A stretch of DNA of 64,000 bases, from the NCBI GenBank assembly GCA_965249325.1, contig CBDFLP010000019.1:24950-88949 (forward strand), written 5' to 3'. A program made the position numbers and the translations under genes. Below, one piece after another: positions 27,365 through 37,969 of this stretch (positions within the stretch are counted from its first letter, which is position 1; each line of letters opens with the position of its first letter). The notes under the pieces were generated by a model. It made no database searches. It was not told the DNA's origin and saw nothing but the letters and a program-made list of their open reading frames with translations. Source of the DNA: Dehalococcoidia bacterium (GTDB lineage Bacteria; Chloroflexota; Dehalococcoidia; Lucifugimonadales; Australimonadaceae).

Positions 27365-29002
27365 CTATTGTGAGCGGCGGATCGTCACGCGCCTGCGCGG
27401 CTCCCGGCCGATGCTGTGGGAACGGAGAAACGCCTGCTCGGCGATCCGGTGCTGGACGCGGCGCACGAACGCCGCCTGCGGCTGCAGCTCGACCTCGTTC
27501 ATCTCGCCCGCGAGAATTCGGTCCACGCCATCCTGCGCCTCCAGAGCTCCTTCGTTGAGCGATTCGCCAGCCACGGCGGGGAGGCCGCCGCCCATCTGCT
27601 CCAGAAAACCGATGATCTGGCCAGGCGTATTGCGCCGCAGGACGAACACTGGCACACCGTGTTCCTCCGCCGCCACGAGCGCCCCCGCCCGCCGACGAAA
27701 GTGCGCCTTGGTCGTGAGCACCACGTCGGCCTCTCCGGGATTCTCGGCGATTCTCACCGATAGGCCGGCTTCCTCGGCGGAGCGCTGTAGGCGCTCCCGG
27801 CTCACGCCGAAGGGGTGAACGCGGGTCGCTGGGCGGCCGGCTTCGGCTTCGCGCGGCTGCGGACGCGGACTCCTCAGGCCTCCTGCCCGGTCTGGCGACG
27901 GCTCACGGCGCTCTGAACGCCTGCCCGTGTCCTGGCCATAGACGAAAGGCGCCACCTCGAACTCAGGCGCCTCGCCGGACTGCTGGATGCTCTTGCGGAC
28001 CGCTCCTGCGTCGTCCAAGTCACGCAGCTCCGGCGCGACCGAGCGTCCTCTCAGAACGGCGTCGACGGTGCGCGCGACATCCCCGTGGACCGCGACGCTG
28101 TTCCAACCTTGAATCTCGACCAGGACATCGAATGTGGGCGGCGCCTTCCGTTCCAGAATCGTCTTCTGTGTACGCCGTCGCCGGGCCTCTTCGTCTCCCA
28201 GAGTGACGGTCTGAACGCCGCCGACTAGGTCGGAGAGCGTGGGGTTCACGAGCAGGTTCTCGAGAGTATTGCCGTGGGCGGTGGCGATAAGCTGTACGCC
28301 ACGCTCGGCAATGGTCCTGGCGGCGGCCGCCTCCAGTTCCGTGCCCATCTCGTCCACGACGATCACCTGCGGCATGTGGTTCTCAACCGCCTCGATCATC
28401 ACCGCGTGCTGACGTGCGGGCGTGGGCACTTGCATGCGCCGCGCCCTGCCAATGGCGGGATGCGGGATATCCCCGTCCCCCGCAATCTCGTTGGAAGTGT
28501 CCACGATGATCACGCGTTGGCCGGCCCCAGCCAGGACCCGCGCGAGCTCCCGCAGAATGGTCGTCTTGCCCACGCCCGGACGGCCCACCAGCAGGATGCT
28601 CTTGCCGGACATCGCAAAATCCTCGACCACGCGGGCGCTTCCGCTGATCGCTCGCCCTACCCGGCACGTGAGGCCCACCACCTCGCCCCTGCGGTTCCTG
28701 ATTGCCGATATGCGGTGAAGCGTGCGCTCGATGCCCGCGCGATTGTCGTCCCCAAACGCCCCCACCCGTTCGATGACGTGGTCAATGTCTTCCCGCGTGA
28801 TGTCTTCATCGCTCAGGCAAAGGTCTCTGTCGGCGAACCGCGCCTCTGGAGGCCTGCCGAGGTCGAGGACGACTTCGAGCAAGTCCTGTTGGTCCTCGTC
28901 GGCCTCGATAGCCTTGCGGACACGGTACGGAAGCACCCCGAATAGCGCGTGGCGCTCCTCTTCTAAGGTCCCCTCATGGACGGCGACTTGGGGTTCTATC
29001 AA
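27365..29002 (-). CDS. AAA ATPase with C-terminal R3H domain (Ycf45/SpoIIIAA-like)
   Basis: LEVVLDLGRPPEARF, ILLVGRPGVGKTTILRE, VIIVDTSNEIAGDG. TTG 29002 preceded by GGAGG is preferred over the listed 29059 start, which overlaps the upstream gene. Confidence 0.7.
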   Translation of the reverse strand: MIEPQVAVHEGTLEEERHALFGVLPYRVRKAIEADEDQQDLLEVVLDLGRPPEARFADRDLCLSDEDITREDIDHVIERVGAFGDDNRAGIERTLHRISAIRNRRGEVVGLTCRVGRAISGSARVVEDFAMSGKSILLVGRPGVGKTTILRELARVLAGAGQRVIIVDTSNEIAGDGDIPHPAIGRARRMQVPTPARQHAVMIEAVENHMPQVIVVDEMGTELEAAAARTIAERGVQLIATAHGNTLENLLVNPTLSDLVGGVQTVTLGDEEARRRRTQKTILERKAPPTFDVLVEIQGWNSVAVHGDVARTVDAVLRGRSVAPELRDLDDAGAVRKSIQQSGEAPEFEVAPFVYGQDTGRRSERREPSPDRAGGLRSPRPQPREAEAGRPATRVHPFGVSRERLQRSAEEAGLSVRIAENPGEADVVLTTKAHFRRRAGALVAAEEHGVPVFVLRRNTPGQIIGFLEQMGGGLPAVAGESLNEGALEAQDGVDRILAGEMNEVELQPQAAFVRRVQHRIAEQAFLRSHSIGREPRRRVTIRRSQ

Positions 29003-29012
29003 TGGACCTCCG

Positions 29013-29924
29013 TTATGCCTGGGCCGGCGCCATCGACGGCTCGCGGACGAGCCGCGCAACCGGCCTCACGTAGACGTCATACCTACCGTCCGACCGCCAG
29101 CCGCGGGCGTCGAGGACCTTAGCCAGCGCGGGCTCGTAGCTGGGCACGATCCAACGCACGTGGGTCTCACGACCCACAATCTCCGCAGCGCCTTCCACCA
29201 ACTCCTGCGCCCGAGAGGAGTGGTCCGGGTGCAGGACTGCCTCGATGGTTGCCTCGTCGCCCCGGCGGTCCAAACAGAGCCAGGCCATCAGCCCACGCTC
29301 CGCATCCCATACGAACTCCTCAGCCCTTCCCACCGCCTGCTCGCGGCCGGCCGTCCACTGATCGAGGGTCATGCCGACGGCGGGCCTGGCGGATGCGGGC
29401 AACGCCGCGGTGTGCAGCCGGAACACTCCGTGGATGTCGCTCGCCTGGAGTCTGCGCAGGCCCAGACCGGAGGCTCCGCTGCCGCTGAGCATCCCGGCGA
29501 ACACCTCCTCGGTGAAGGCCCGCCTAAAGCCGGTGCGTTCCGCGGGTCCGCAGGCCGGGCCCATCGATGGCGAGCGCAGGAAAAGGCGGTCGGCCCCCCG
29601 TCGCCCCGCCGCACGCACGCCGGCCGTGACCAACTCGTCAAGCTGTGCGTAGCCGCGAGCGGATGAGAAGAGCCGCGCGACTTCCCAGGCCGTGGGCTCG
29701 CGCCTCGCCTTCACCACCACAACTGCCTCCAGACGTCCGTCCTCGAATGCGCCGATAGCTTCGCGGCGGCGGGAGGGCGACGTTGTCCAGCGGGCCATCT
29801 CAATCTGCGATAGCCGATCCCTCGGCGATTGGAGCGTCACGTGAGTGGAGACCAGGTCCTTGCTTTCGAGGCGGCCGGGCAGAAGCTGCCATGGAACGTC
29901 GCTCAAGCGAAGCGTTCGTATCAT
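29013..29924 (-). CDS. Hypothetical protein (possible tandem GNAT-like fold)
   Basis: 303-aa ORF, 4-nt overlap with pdxT. Family call weak. Confidence 0.4.
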   Translation of the reverse strand: MIRTLRLSDVPWQLLPGRLESKDLVSTHVTLQSPRDRLSQIEMARWTTSPSRRREAIGAFEDGRLEAVVVVKARREPTAWEVARLFSSARGYAQLDELVTAGVRAAGRRGADRLFLRSPSMGPACGPAERTGFRRAFTEEVFAGMLSGSGASGLGLRRLQASDIHGVFRLHTAALPASARPAVGMTLDQWTAGREQAVGRAEEFVWDAERGLMAWLCLDRRGDEATIEAVLHPDHSSRAQELVEGAAEIVGRETHVRWIVPSYEPALAKVLDARGWRSDGRYDVYVRPVARLVREPSMAPAQA

Positions 29925-30523
29925 CGCGTCGCCTCCCCCGTGAGCATGCCCAGAAGAAGTCCGTGCATTCGGCAGTCGCCTGTAAGTTCCGGGTGGAACG
30001 CCGTCGCCATCACGTTGCCCTGCCGCACGGCCACAATAGTCCCGTCATCGAGCGTCGACAGCGCCTCCACATCCGGCCCCACCTCGGTCACCAGCGGAGC
30101 GCGGATGAACACCGCGTGCATTGGCCCGCCGTCGACCCCGGTGATAGCAAGATCCGTTTCGAAGGAGTCGACCTGCCGTCCGAAGCCGTTGCGGCGGACG
30201 GTCATGTCAATCAGGCCAAGGGGCTCGGGACGGTCCTCCACGAGGCGGGAGGCCATCAAGATGAGACCGGCGCAGGTGCCCCACACCGGCCGTCCGCTGC
30301 GCGCATAGGCCGTCAGCGGCTCTCTGAGGTCGTAGGCGTCCATCAGCTTCGCCATCGACGTGCTCTCGCCGCCCGGCACGATGAGCGCATCCACCGCGTC
30401 GAGCTCGTTGGCCGTTCGGACTTCGACGGCGCGCGCGTCAAGCCTGCCTAACGAGGCGCAATGCTCCGCAAAGTCTCCCTGGAGCGCTAGAACGCCGACC
30501 GTTGCCGTTGGCTCACCTCTCAG
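29921..30523 (-). CDS. pdxT: Pyridoxal 5'-phosphate synthase glutaminase subunit; start codon non-canonical or unresolved
   Basis: GTCAGLILMA active-site Cys region. The conserved N-terminus TVGVLALQGDFAEHCASLG lies upstream of the listed GTG 30394, in an open frame with no ATG/GTG/TTG back to the pdxS stop. Confidence 0.75.
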   Translation of the reverse strand: MRGEPTATVGVLALQGDFAEHCASLGRLDARAVEVRTANELDAVDALIVPGGESTSMAKLMDAYDLREPLTAYARSGRPVWGTCAGLILMASRLVEDRPEPLGLIDMTVRRNGFGRQVDSFETDLAITGVDGGPMHAVFIRAPLVTEVGPDVEALSTLDDGTIVAVRQGNVMATAFHPELTGDCRMHGLLLGMLTGEATR

Positions 30524-30532
30524 CGGGCGGGG

Positions 30533-31441
<909 letters not shown>

Positions 31442-31521
31442 GCCGTCCTCCCATCCCCAGTATACGGCGGACGAGGGAGGCGCTCAATCAAAGACCAGGG
31501 GCGAGGTGGCGCGGGGCAACG

Positions 31522-31949
31522 TCAGTCCGTGGGGATAACGAACTCTGCCCGGCCCGAAGGGCCATCGTACGTGAGGACACAACGTTGCATAACATCCATG
31601 CCCAGGATGGACGGCACAGACGACGTGGCTGATTCCCCGGATGCTCGATGGCCGAGAAGGATGGAGTCTATCTCGCACCGCCGCCAGGCTCCGGCATCTT
31701 GATCTAGAACGTATAGGACCGCGCGCCCGCAATCCCTATGAGCTCGGCATCCTCGGAAAGCGTCTGCGACTGTTCAGACGGCACAATGTGTGCCCAGTCT
31801 CTTGGATGCAGTGCAGAAGATGCAGCTCCCGTGTCAATCAGCATGTTGACGCGGGAGCCCTTGGAATAAGCGGGCAAGTACACGTAGACCGGCAGCCACA
31901 AGGCAACGGAGGTCGGCGTTTGACGGACTACGATTGTGGGGCGCGCCAA
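31522..31949 (-). pseudogene. Retropepsin-like (clan AA) aspartic protease, split by a frameshift near 31700
   Basis: N-part has VNMLIDTGAASSALHP (D-T/S-G) and stops at 31704. Another frame continues CEIDSILLGHRASGESATSSVPSILGMDVMQRCVLTYDGPSGRAEFVIPTD to the stop at 31522. Confidence 0.55.
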
Positions 31950-32245
31950 TGGCCTAGCATCCAGAGCGGTTCCTGGGCAGTGATGAGTTCTCGAACGGCG
32001 AGGCCCTTTGAGTCATCGGTCTTATTGAGCTCTCGAATGAACTTATCGAGACTCGCTTCATGGGCAATAACCCGTTCGTTCCTGACCGCCACCCACTGCT
32101 CCGGGTAATGCTGCAGAAGCGATTCCTTGTTCTTGTGGAACCAATCCCAGTCGCGCTGGGACTGCGCCCACTCTTCTAGCGTGGGTAGAACCCCCTTCGG
32201 TCCCGAGTTCCACGAGTCGTCGGCCGTCTTGCGCGCAGTAGCCAT
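31928..32245 (-). CDS. Small DUF5678-like protein
   Basis: MATARKTADDSW.. with LLQHYPEQWVAVRNERVIAHEASLDKFIRELN. Family name recalled from memory. Overlaps the protease start. Confidence 0.45.
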   Translation of the reverse strand: MATARKTADDSWNSGPKGVLPTLEEWAQSQRDWDWFHKNKESLLQHYPEQWVAVRNERVIAHEASLDKFIRELNKTDDSKGLAVRELITAQEPLWMLGHWRAPQS

Positions 32246-32348
32246 CACGCTCTCCCATAGTCCCTGCCTCCGCTTACTATAGCCTATGGCAATGTGGTGA
32301 GCTGTCCCCAGCAGGGACGGCCTGGATCGCATCTCTGCACTACCATCG

Positions 32349-34070
32349 CTACAGCTCGTCCCGAGCGAGTAACTCTCCGACCACCGACAGCACTTGGTCC
32401 GGCGGGGCCTGCACGGCCTCCGAGTCGCGGCGGCGCTTGAGCTCGACGACGCCTTGCTTGAGGTTGCGCGGACTCACCACGACGCGCACCGGGAGACCGA
32501 GGAGGTCCGCGTCGTTGAACTTCACGCCCGCGGACTCGATGCGGTCGTCGTACAGCGTCTCGTAGCCCGCCGCTTTGAGCTGTTCGTAGAGCGCGGCGGC
32601 GGCGGCCTTCACCTGCACGTCGTCCGCGTTCAGCGCTAGGAGATGCACTTGGAAGGGGGCTATGGGCGCCGGGAAAATCACGCCCTTGTCGTCGTGGTTC
32701 TGCTCAATGGCGGCGGCGAGCACCCGCGTCACGCCGATGCCATAGCACCCCATGAGCACAGGATTGAGCTTGCCGCTCTCGTCCGAGTATTCGACGCCCA
32801 TCGCGTCCGTGAAGAACGTCCCCAGTTTGAAGACGTGGCCGACCTCGATGCCCCGGACCGCTGTGAGCTTTCCCTTGCTGTCCGGGCTCGTGTCTCCCTC
32901 GCGGGCCGTCGCAATGTCCGTGATCTCGTCAACCTCGAAGTCGCGGGGATAGTTCACGTTCACGTAGTGCTTGCCGGGCTGGTTGGCGCCGGCGGCGAAG
33001 TTGGCGCCCTGCTGTATCGACGGGTCGGCGATGCGCCGGACCCCGCTCAGACCGACGGGCGAGGTGGAGCCGGGCGTGAGGCCCGCCGCGGCCGCCTCGT
33101 CCGCATTCGCAAGCCGCAAGTCATTGGCGTGGAGGTAATTCTTGAGCTTGACTTCGTTCACCTCGATGTCGCCCCGAATCGTCACGAGCGCCGTCTCGCC
33201 GTCGGCCTGCCCGTAATCGACCTGATAGAAGACGGCCTTCAGCGTCTGCGACTCAGGGATGTCCAACAGCTTCGCGAGGTCGGCGATGGTCGTGACGCCG
33301 GGAGTGTCGACCATCGCCATTTCGATCCCCGCGCCCTCGGGCGCGGGATCGATGATGGACGTTGCGCGCTCAACGTTGGCGGCGTAGCCAGACTCCTCGC
33401 ACACGAGAATGACATCCTCGCCGCTCTCGGCAGGCATAATGAACTCGTGGGAGTCCTTGCCGCCGATGACCCCGCTGTCCGCCTCGACCTCGATGGTGGG
33501 CAGGCCGCAGCGCCGGAAGATGTTGCGGTACGCCTCCCGCATCCGCTGGTACGTCGCGTCCAACGACTCCTGGTTGGCGTCAAAGGAGTAGGCGTCCTTC
33601 ATGCTGAACTCGCGCCCGCGGAGCAGGCCGGCGCGGGGCCGGGGCTCGTCCCGGAACTTGGTCTGTATCTGGTACAGCGTCAGCGGGAGGTCGCGGTAGG
33701 ACTCGACGTGGGCGGCGGCGATGGCGGTGACGGTCTCCTCATGAGTGGGCGCCAGCACCATGCCGCGCTCCCGTCGGTCGAACAGCCGGAAGAGGTTCTG
33801 ACCGAACGCTTCGTCCCGCCCGGTCAGCCGCCACAGCTCGAGGGGCTGGAGCGTCGGCATCAGGACTTCCTGCCCGCCTGCCGCGTTCATCTCCTCGCGG
33901 ACGATCTGCTCAATCTTCCGTATCGACCGCAGGGCGAGAGGCAGGTACGAGTAAACGCCGGCGGCGACCTGCATCATCATGCCCGCGCGGAGCATGAGCC
34001 GGTGGCTGACGGTCTCGGCCTCGCCGGGGTCTTGTCTCAGGGTGCGTGAAAGAAACTGTGATGCGCGCAT
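32349..34070 (-). CDS. proS: Proline--tRNA ligase
   Basis: MRASQFLSRTLRQDPGEAETVSHRLMLRAGMM, class II motifs, 573 aa from the second in-frame Met. Confidence 0.92.
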   Translation of the reverse strand: MRASQFLSRTLRQDPGEAETVSHRLMLRAGMMMQVAAGVYSYLPLALRSIRKIEQIVREEMNAAGGQEVLMPTLQPLELWRLTGRDEAFGQNLFRLFDRRERGMVLAPTHEETVTAIAAAHVESYRDLPLTLYQIQTKFRDEPRPRAGLLRGREFSMKDAYSFDANQESLDATYQRMREAYRNIFRRCGLPTIEVEADSGVIGGKDSHEFIMPAESGEDVILVCEESGYAANVERATSIIDPAPEGAGIEMAMVDTPGVTTIADLAKLLDIPESQTLKAVFYQVDYGQADGETALVTIRGDIEVNEVKLKNYLHANDLRLANADEAAAAGLTPGSTSPVGLSGVRRIADPSIQQGANFAAGANQPGKHYVNVNYPRDFEVDEITDIATAREGDTSPDSKGKLTAVRGIEVGHVFKLGTFFTDAMGVEYSDESGKLNPVLMGCYGIGVTRVLAAAIEQNHDDKGVIFPAPIAPFQVHLLALNADDVQVKAAAAALYEQLKAAGYETLYDDRIESAGVKFNDADLLGLPVRVVVSPRNLKQGVVELKRRRDSEAVQAPPDQVLSVVGELLARDEL

Positions 34071-34136
34071 GGTGCGGTAGGATACCAGACCCCCCTCCTC
34101 AGTCCTCCCCATCGACGGGAGGATGGGCGGGGCGCG

Positions 34137-35618
34137 CTAGGCGCCGACGGCTTCGGCGGTCTTGTAGAGCGAGAGCTCCATAGGAGCTAAGTCGTCGCCG
34201 ATGTGGGCCTTGATGGCGTCGAAGAAGTCCAGGTCCCACTCGCTTACGAAGGTGACCGCGACACCCTCCCGGCCCATGCGGGCGGTGCGCCCTATGCGGT
34301 GGACGTACTCTTCGACGGTCTCGGGGATGTCGTAGTTGATGACGTTCGCCACCGCGGGGACGTCGATGCCGCGGGACGTCAGGTTCGTCGAAACGAGGAG
34401 CTTGAGCTTGCCGTCGCGGAAGTCCTGCATGACGGTGTTGCGCTCGCCCTGCGGCAGGCCGCCGTGGATCGCCTCGACCCGGACTTCCCTCCGCTTGAGC
34501 GAACGTACGAGCCAATCGACGTCCTCTTGGGTGCGGCGGAACACGAGGGTCTGCTCGTTACGGTCGAGCAGCTCCACAAGGGCGGAGAGCTTATCGCGCC
34601 TGGCGACCTCAACGTAGCGCTGAGTGACCTGCTCGACCGGCTCGGACTCCTCGCCCACGCGGAACCACTCCGGGTCATTCAGATAGGAGTAGATCAGCCG
34701 CTTGATCATCGTCGGGACCGTCGCGGTGAAGAGAGCCGTCTGGCGCCCCCTTGGCGTGGCGCGCAGGATGCGCCGGATGGCGGGCAGGAACCCGATGTCC
34801 AGCATCTGGTCCGCCTCGTCGAGCACCACCATGCGGGTCCTGTCGAGCCGGAGCACGCCGCGGTCTATCAGGTCGATCACCCGGCCCGGCGTGCCCACGA
34901 TGACAGGCGCGCCATCCTCGATCGCCTTAATCTGCGGACCGAGACGCGCGCCGCCGTAGACGGGCACGACCTCGGCTCCCCTGTACTTGCATATCTTGCT
35001 GAGCTCCTCCGCCACCTGGCGGGCCAACTCCCGCGTTGGCGCTAGGACGATGGCCTGAACATAGCCCTCGCGGGCGTCCACTGCCTCGGCGATAGGTATG
35101 CCGAACCCGGCGGTCTTGCCGGTGCCGGTTTGCGCCTGCCCGACGAGGTCCTGTCCCCGGAGGAGCGGGTCTATGACCAGTTCTTGGATGGGTGTCGGGG
35201 CGGAATACCCCATGTCCGCAAGGGCGCGGGAGACTGGCGCAGAGACCATGACCGGCCCGAACGCCATATCGCGCGGGGCCGGGCCAGCGACAATGTCCAG
35301 TTGCTCGCGCCGCTGGGCGCCGCCTGCGCCGTTCTTGTCTACTCTCCCATCTTCGGGAGAGGACTGAGCAGGAAGGCTTCCGCCACGGCCGCGCCGACGC
35401 CGCTTGCGCGGCGGGCGGTCGCCGTTGGGGGCAGGGGCCTCGGTTGGCTGACGCTCTTCCTTTGGGCGGCGGGAGCGCGGCGGACGCGACTTCACGCTCT
35501 CCGGATTGTCACGCCGGAAATCGGGAGCACCGATGCGGTCTGTCGGAGAGGTGGCGGGCGGCTCACTGGCCGCCGGAGCCGGCTTCCCGAGAAGCCGTGA
35601 GAGGAACCTGCGAATCAT
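34137..35618 (-). CDS. DEAD-box ATP-dependent RNA helicase with a basic, disordered N-terminal extension
   Basis: APTPIQ, AQTGTGKTAGF, VLDEADQMLD, FTAT, HRIGRTAR. ATG 35618 or alternative ATG 35267 (MAFGPV..). The upstream part of the 1029-aa ORF is a different gene. Confidence 0.85.
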   Translation of the reverse strand: MIRRFLSRLLGKPAPAASEPPATSPTDRIGAPDFRRDNPESVKSRPPRSRRPKEERQPTEAPAPNGDRPPRKRRRRGRGGSLPAQSSPEDGRVDKNGAGGAQRREQLDIVAGPAPRDMAFGPVMVSAPVSRALADMGYSAPTPIQELVIDPLLRGQDLVGQAQTGTGKTAGFGIPIAEAVDAREGYVQAIVLAPTRELARQVAEELSKICKYRGAEVVPVYGGARLGPQIKAIEDGAPVIVGTPGRVIDLIDRGVLRLDRTRMVVLDEADQMLDIGFLPAIRRILRATPRGRQTALFTATVPTMIKRLIYSYLNDPEWFRVGEESEPVEQVTQRYVEVARRDKLSALVELLDRNEQTLVFRRTQEDVDWLVRSLKRREVRVEAIHGGLPQGERNTVMQDFRDGKLKLLVSTNLTSRGIDVPAVANVINYDIPETVEEYVHRIGRTARMGREGVAVTFVSEWDLDFFDAIKAHIGDDLAPMELSLYKTAEAVGA

Positions 35619-35640
35619 GTTGCACCAGTGTAGCACACTT

Positions 35641-35669
35641 GCGTTCTGCGCGGGAATGACGGATGGGGA
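35641..35669 (+). repeat. REP-like element family A, degenerate copy
   Basis: GCGTTCTGCGCGGGAATGACGGATGGGGA, between the helicase start and the terminase-like stop. Confidence 0.6.
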
Positions 35670-35677
35670 TGGCGGGG

Positions 35678-37103
35678 TCATACATAAATTTGGAGGGAGG
35701 GGGGCTCCATGAAGGCGAGGGCCAGGGCGTCGGCGCGGTCGGGGGACTTGACGCCGCGTTTGCGGAGGCTGGTCTTGCTTTCGAGGCGGATGCGCCCCGT
35801 GCTCGATATGTCGTACCGCAGGGAGCTGGTCGGCCAGGACCGCGTCGTCCGGGATGTCGATGGCGTCCTCGCGGAGGAGGCGGGCGATCTCCCAGAAGAT
35901 CTCGGCGCGCATGTCCACGAACTGGGAGGGGCGTTTCGCCTTCCCGCCCGCCTCCACCCCAATGACCGGGACGCCGAGGACGCCAAGCCTATCGACGACG
36001 CCTCCTCCGACCCCGTTCTCGTCCACGAACACGGCGGGGACGCGAAGGGCGTCGGCCCATGCCTTGACCTCGTCGGCCACCTGCATCGTGTCGAGGCCGC
36101 GCTTGAGGGGAATGAGATGTTCGACCCGGGCGCCGCGGCGGATGCAGATGACGGACTCGGCATCGCCGAACCGGGCAACGTCGACGCCCATCCGGTAGGG
36201 CTGGTTGAGGTAGTCGCGGTCTATCTCACCTGCCGGGAGGGGGAAGGGCTGCGAGGTTCCCGCCTGCGCGGGAATGACGGATGGGGACGCGGCCATGTCG
36301 GAAGGGGAAGGGAGAGGGATGGGTTCCCCGCGCCAGCGGGCGACGGCCCGGTCTACGTGGTGGCGCGTGGTCAGGGAGTCTTCGAGGGCGTCCGGGAAGC
36401 GGCCTAGCACCGAGGCGATGTACAGGGGCGAGTCTTCTCCCCAGTCGCGGCGGCGGCGCTCCACGTCTTCCGGGTTGACCAGGCCGGGGATATGGAAGCG
36501 CTTGCGCCGGAAGTTCGGCGAGTCCAGGGCGGAGATCGCGATCCGGTGGTAGAGCGCGGACTTCGAGTGGAAGGACTCGTAGAGCTCGCCCTCGTGGGAG
36601 AGGGGGTTGCCGAGGAGGAGCGTCTTCTTGGGGTTCAGGTGCTTGAGGGCTTCGAAGTAGGGCTGCTTGACGCCTTGGGCCTCGGTGACGACGACGAGCA
36701 GGTTCGGCGAGTGGAAGCCTTGGAGGTTGTACTGGGAGTTGGAGCAGAACGCGATGGCGAAGCGGTCGTCGTCGATGACGTACTTGTCCGCGGTGAGCTT
36801 GCCGGGCAGGCGTCCGTTGGCGGCGGCGAGGGCCACGCCGAGCTCGTGCCAGAGAATCTCCTTGACCTGGCGGGCGGTCGGGCCGGTGACGACGGCTTTG
36901 GCGTGGGGTCGGGTGTGGAGCCACCAAAGCACGGCGCGGGCGGCGGCCCAGTCCTTGCCGGAGGAGTTGGCGGCCACGACGGAGACAGCCGCGTAGCGGG
37001 CGAGGGCGTCGAGGATGGCTTCCTGCTTGTCGTAGGGCTTGCCGGCGTTCTGGAGGATTTCCTTGACGAATCGGGCGGGATGGTTCTTGTATTGGTCGAG
37101 CAT
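35678..37103 (-). pseudogene. Phage terminase large subunit-like gene, orphan, frameshifted near 35821..35823
   Basis: Walker A AANSSGKD, LLVVVTEAQG, nuclease part MGVDVARFGDAESV. The tail LRYDISSTGRIRLESKTSLRKRGVKSPDRADALALAF-stop (35678) is in the next frame; removing one C from a CCC run restores DQLLRYDI. Confidence 0.6.
36255..36287 (+). repeat. REP-like element family A copy lying in-frame inside the terminase-like ORF
   Basis: GGTTCCCGCCTGCGCGGGAATGACGGATGGGGA, translated on the minus strand as ..SPSVIPAQAGTS.. between the ATPase and nuclease parts. Confidence 0.7.
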
Positions 37104-37278
37104 GGACGTTGGGCCTTTTTCACCGCATAGCAAAGAGCCGCCGGGCTGGTGTGCCGGGCGGCTCGTCCGCTCCTGCTGGGGTGGGGTGCTGCGTCCCATT
37201 GTGACGGTTTCATGACATTTTTTCAATGGGTAGTTGTCACAAGGTCTATTGACGTGGGTGGGCCGGCAGACGCGCAGA

Positions 37279-37329
37279 CCCCCTCTCTAGCTCTCCCCCG
37301 CAGACGGGGGAGAGTACCGGAGCAGACGG
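37279..37329 (+). repeat. REP-like element family B, intact reference copy
   Basis: CCCCCTCTCTAGCTCTCCCCCGCAGACGGGGGAGAGTACCGGAGCAGACGG. Stem CTCCCCCG/CGGGGGAG, loop CAGA. Confidence 0.7.
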
Positions 37330-37478
37330 AGGGGGTTGGGGGTCGATGGCAGGGCGTCGCGTGGTTCGACGGGCTCACCACGAATCTATTGGAGGGCGCA
37401 AACCTATGGGGTGGGGCGCCCACAAGGGACGCCCCTACAGGGGGCAAGGACTGGTACGTGGGGCGTGGCGGGCATCCT

Positions 37479-37505
37479 GGGTTCCCGCTTTCGCGGGAAT
37501 GGCGG
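37479..37505 (+). repeat. REP-like element family A variant
   Basis: GGGTTCCCGCTTTCGCGGGAATGGCGG. A further degenerate copy lies at 37914..37937. Confidence 0.65.
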
Positions 37506-37599
37506 GTTGGCATGGCTCACTACCTCTGCTGAGCCCTATTTTCGAGGCAATGACGGAAAAGGGGGCGGGAGTGACGGGAGGGGGAGGCGGACGCTGGGG

Positions 37600-37809
37600 T
37601 TAGGAAGCGGCGTCGAGGCGGGAGATGTCGGCTTGGGCCTGGATGAGGCCTTCGAGGACTCCCCTTACGGTCTCGTGATGCTGCGCGGCTTGCGCTTCAA
37701 GGACCTGAATCCGCTCCCGGTGGGCTTGGAACCTCTGGGTCGACTCCGCCCGTATAGCCTCTATCCGCTGGTCCGACTCCGCCCGCTGCCGATCCCACTC
37801 CGCACGCAT
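37600..37809 (-). CDS. Small coiled-coil protein (69 aa), hypothetical
   Basis: Heptad-like MRAEWDRQRAESDQRIEAIRAESTQRFQAHRERIQVLEAQ. Sits in a REP-rich spacer and could be spurious. Confidence 0.3.
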   Translation of the reverse strand: MRAEWDRQRAESDQRIEAIRAESTQRFQAHRERIQVLEAQAAQHHETVRGVLEGLIQAQADISRLDAAS

Positions 37810-37969
37810 GGCTCCTCTATGGTCGGGAGGAGTGTAGCGGAGGGAAATACGCCTTGGCTATGCGGTTTTGTCAAGGTTGGGGGCGCGGGCGGGACGTAAG
37901 AAAAGGCTCCCTAGATACCCGCTTTCGGGGCACGACGGAAGGAGGACGAGGACACCTGGTAGGCCATCC

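Noticed and set aside
34137-37226. The 1029-aa ORF as a genuine terminase-helicase fusion protein
   Set aside because: The junction is REP-derived and non-protein-like sequence. The terminase tail with its own stop is in another frame, and the helicase has its own ATG. The long ORF is therefore read-through created by a frameshift and high GC.
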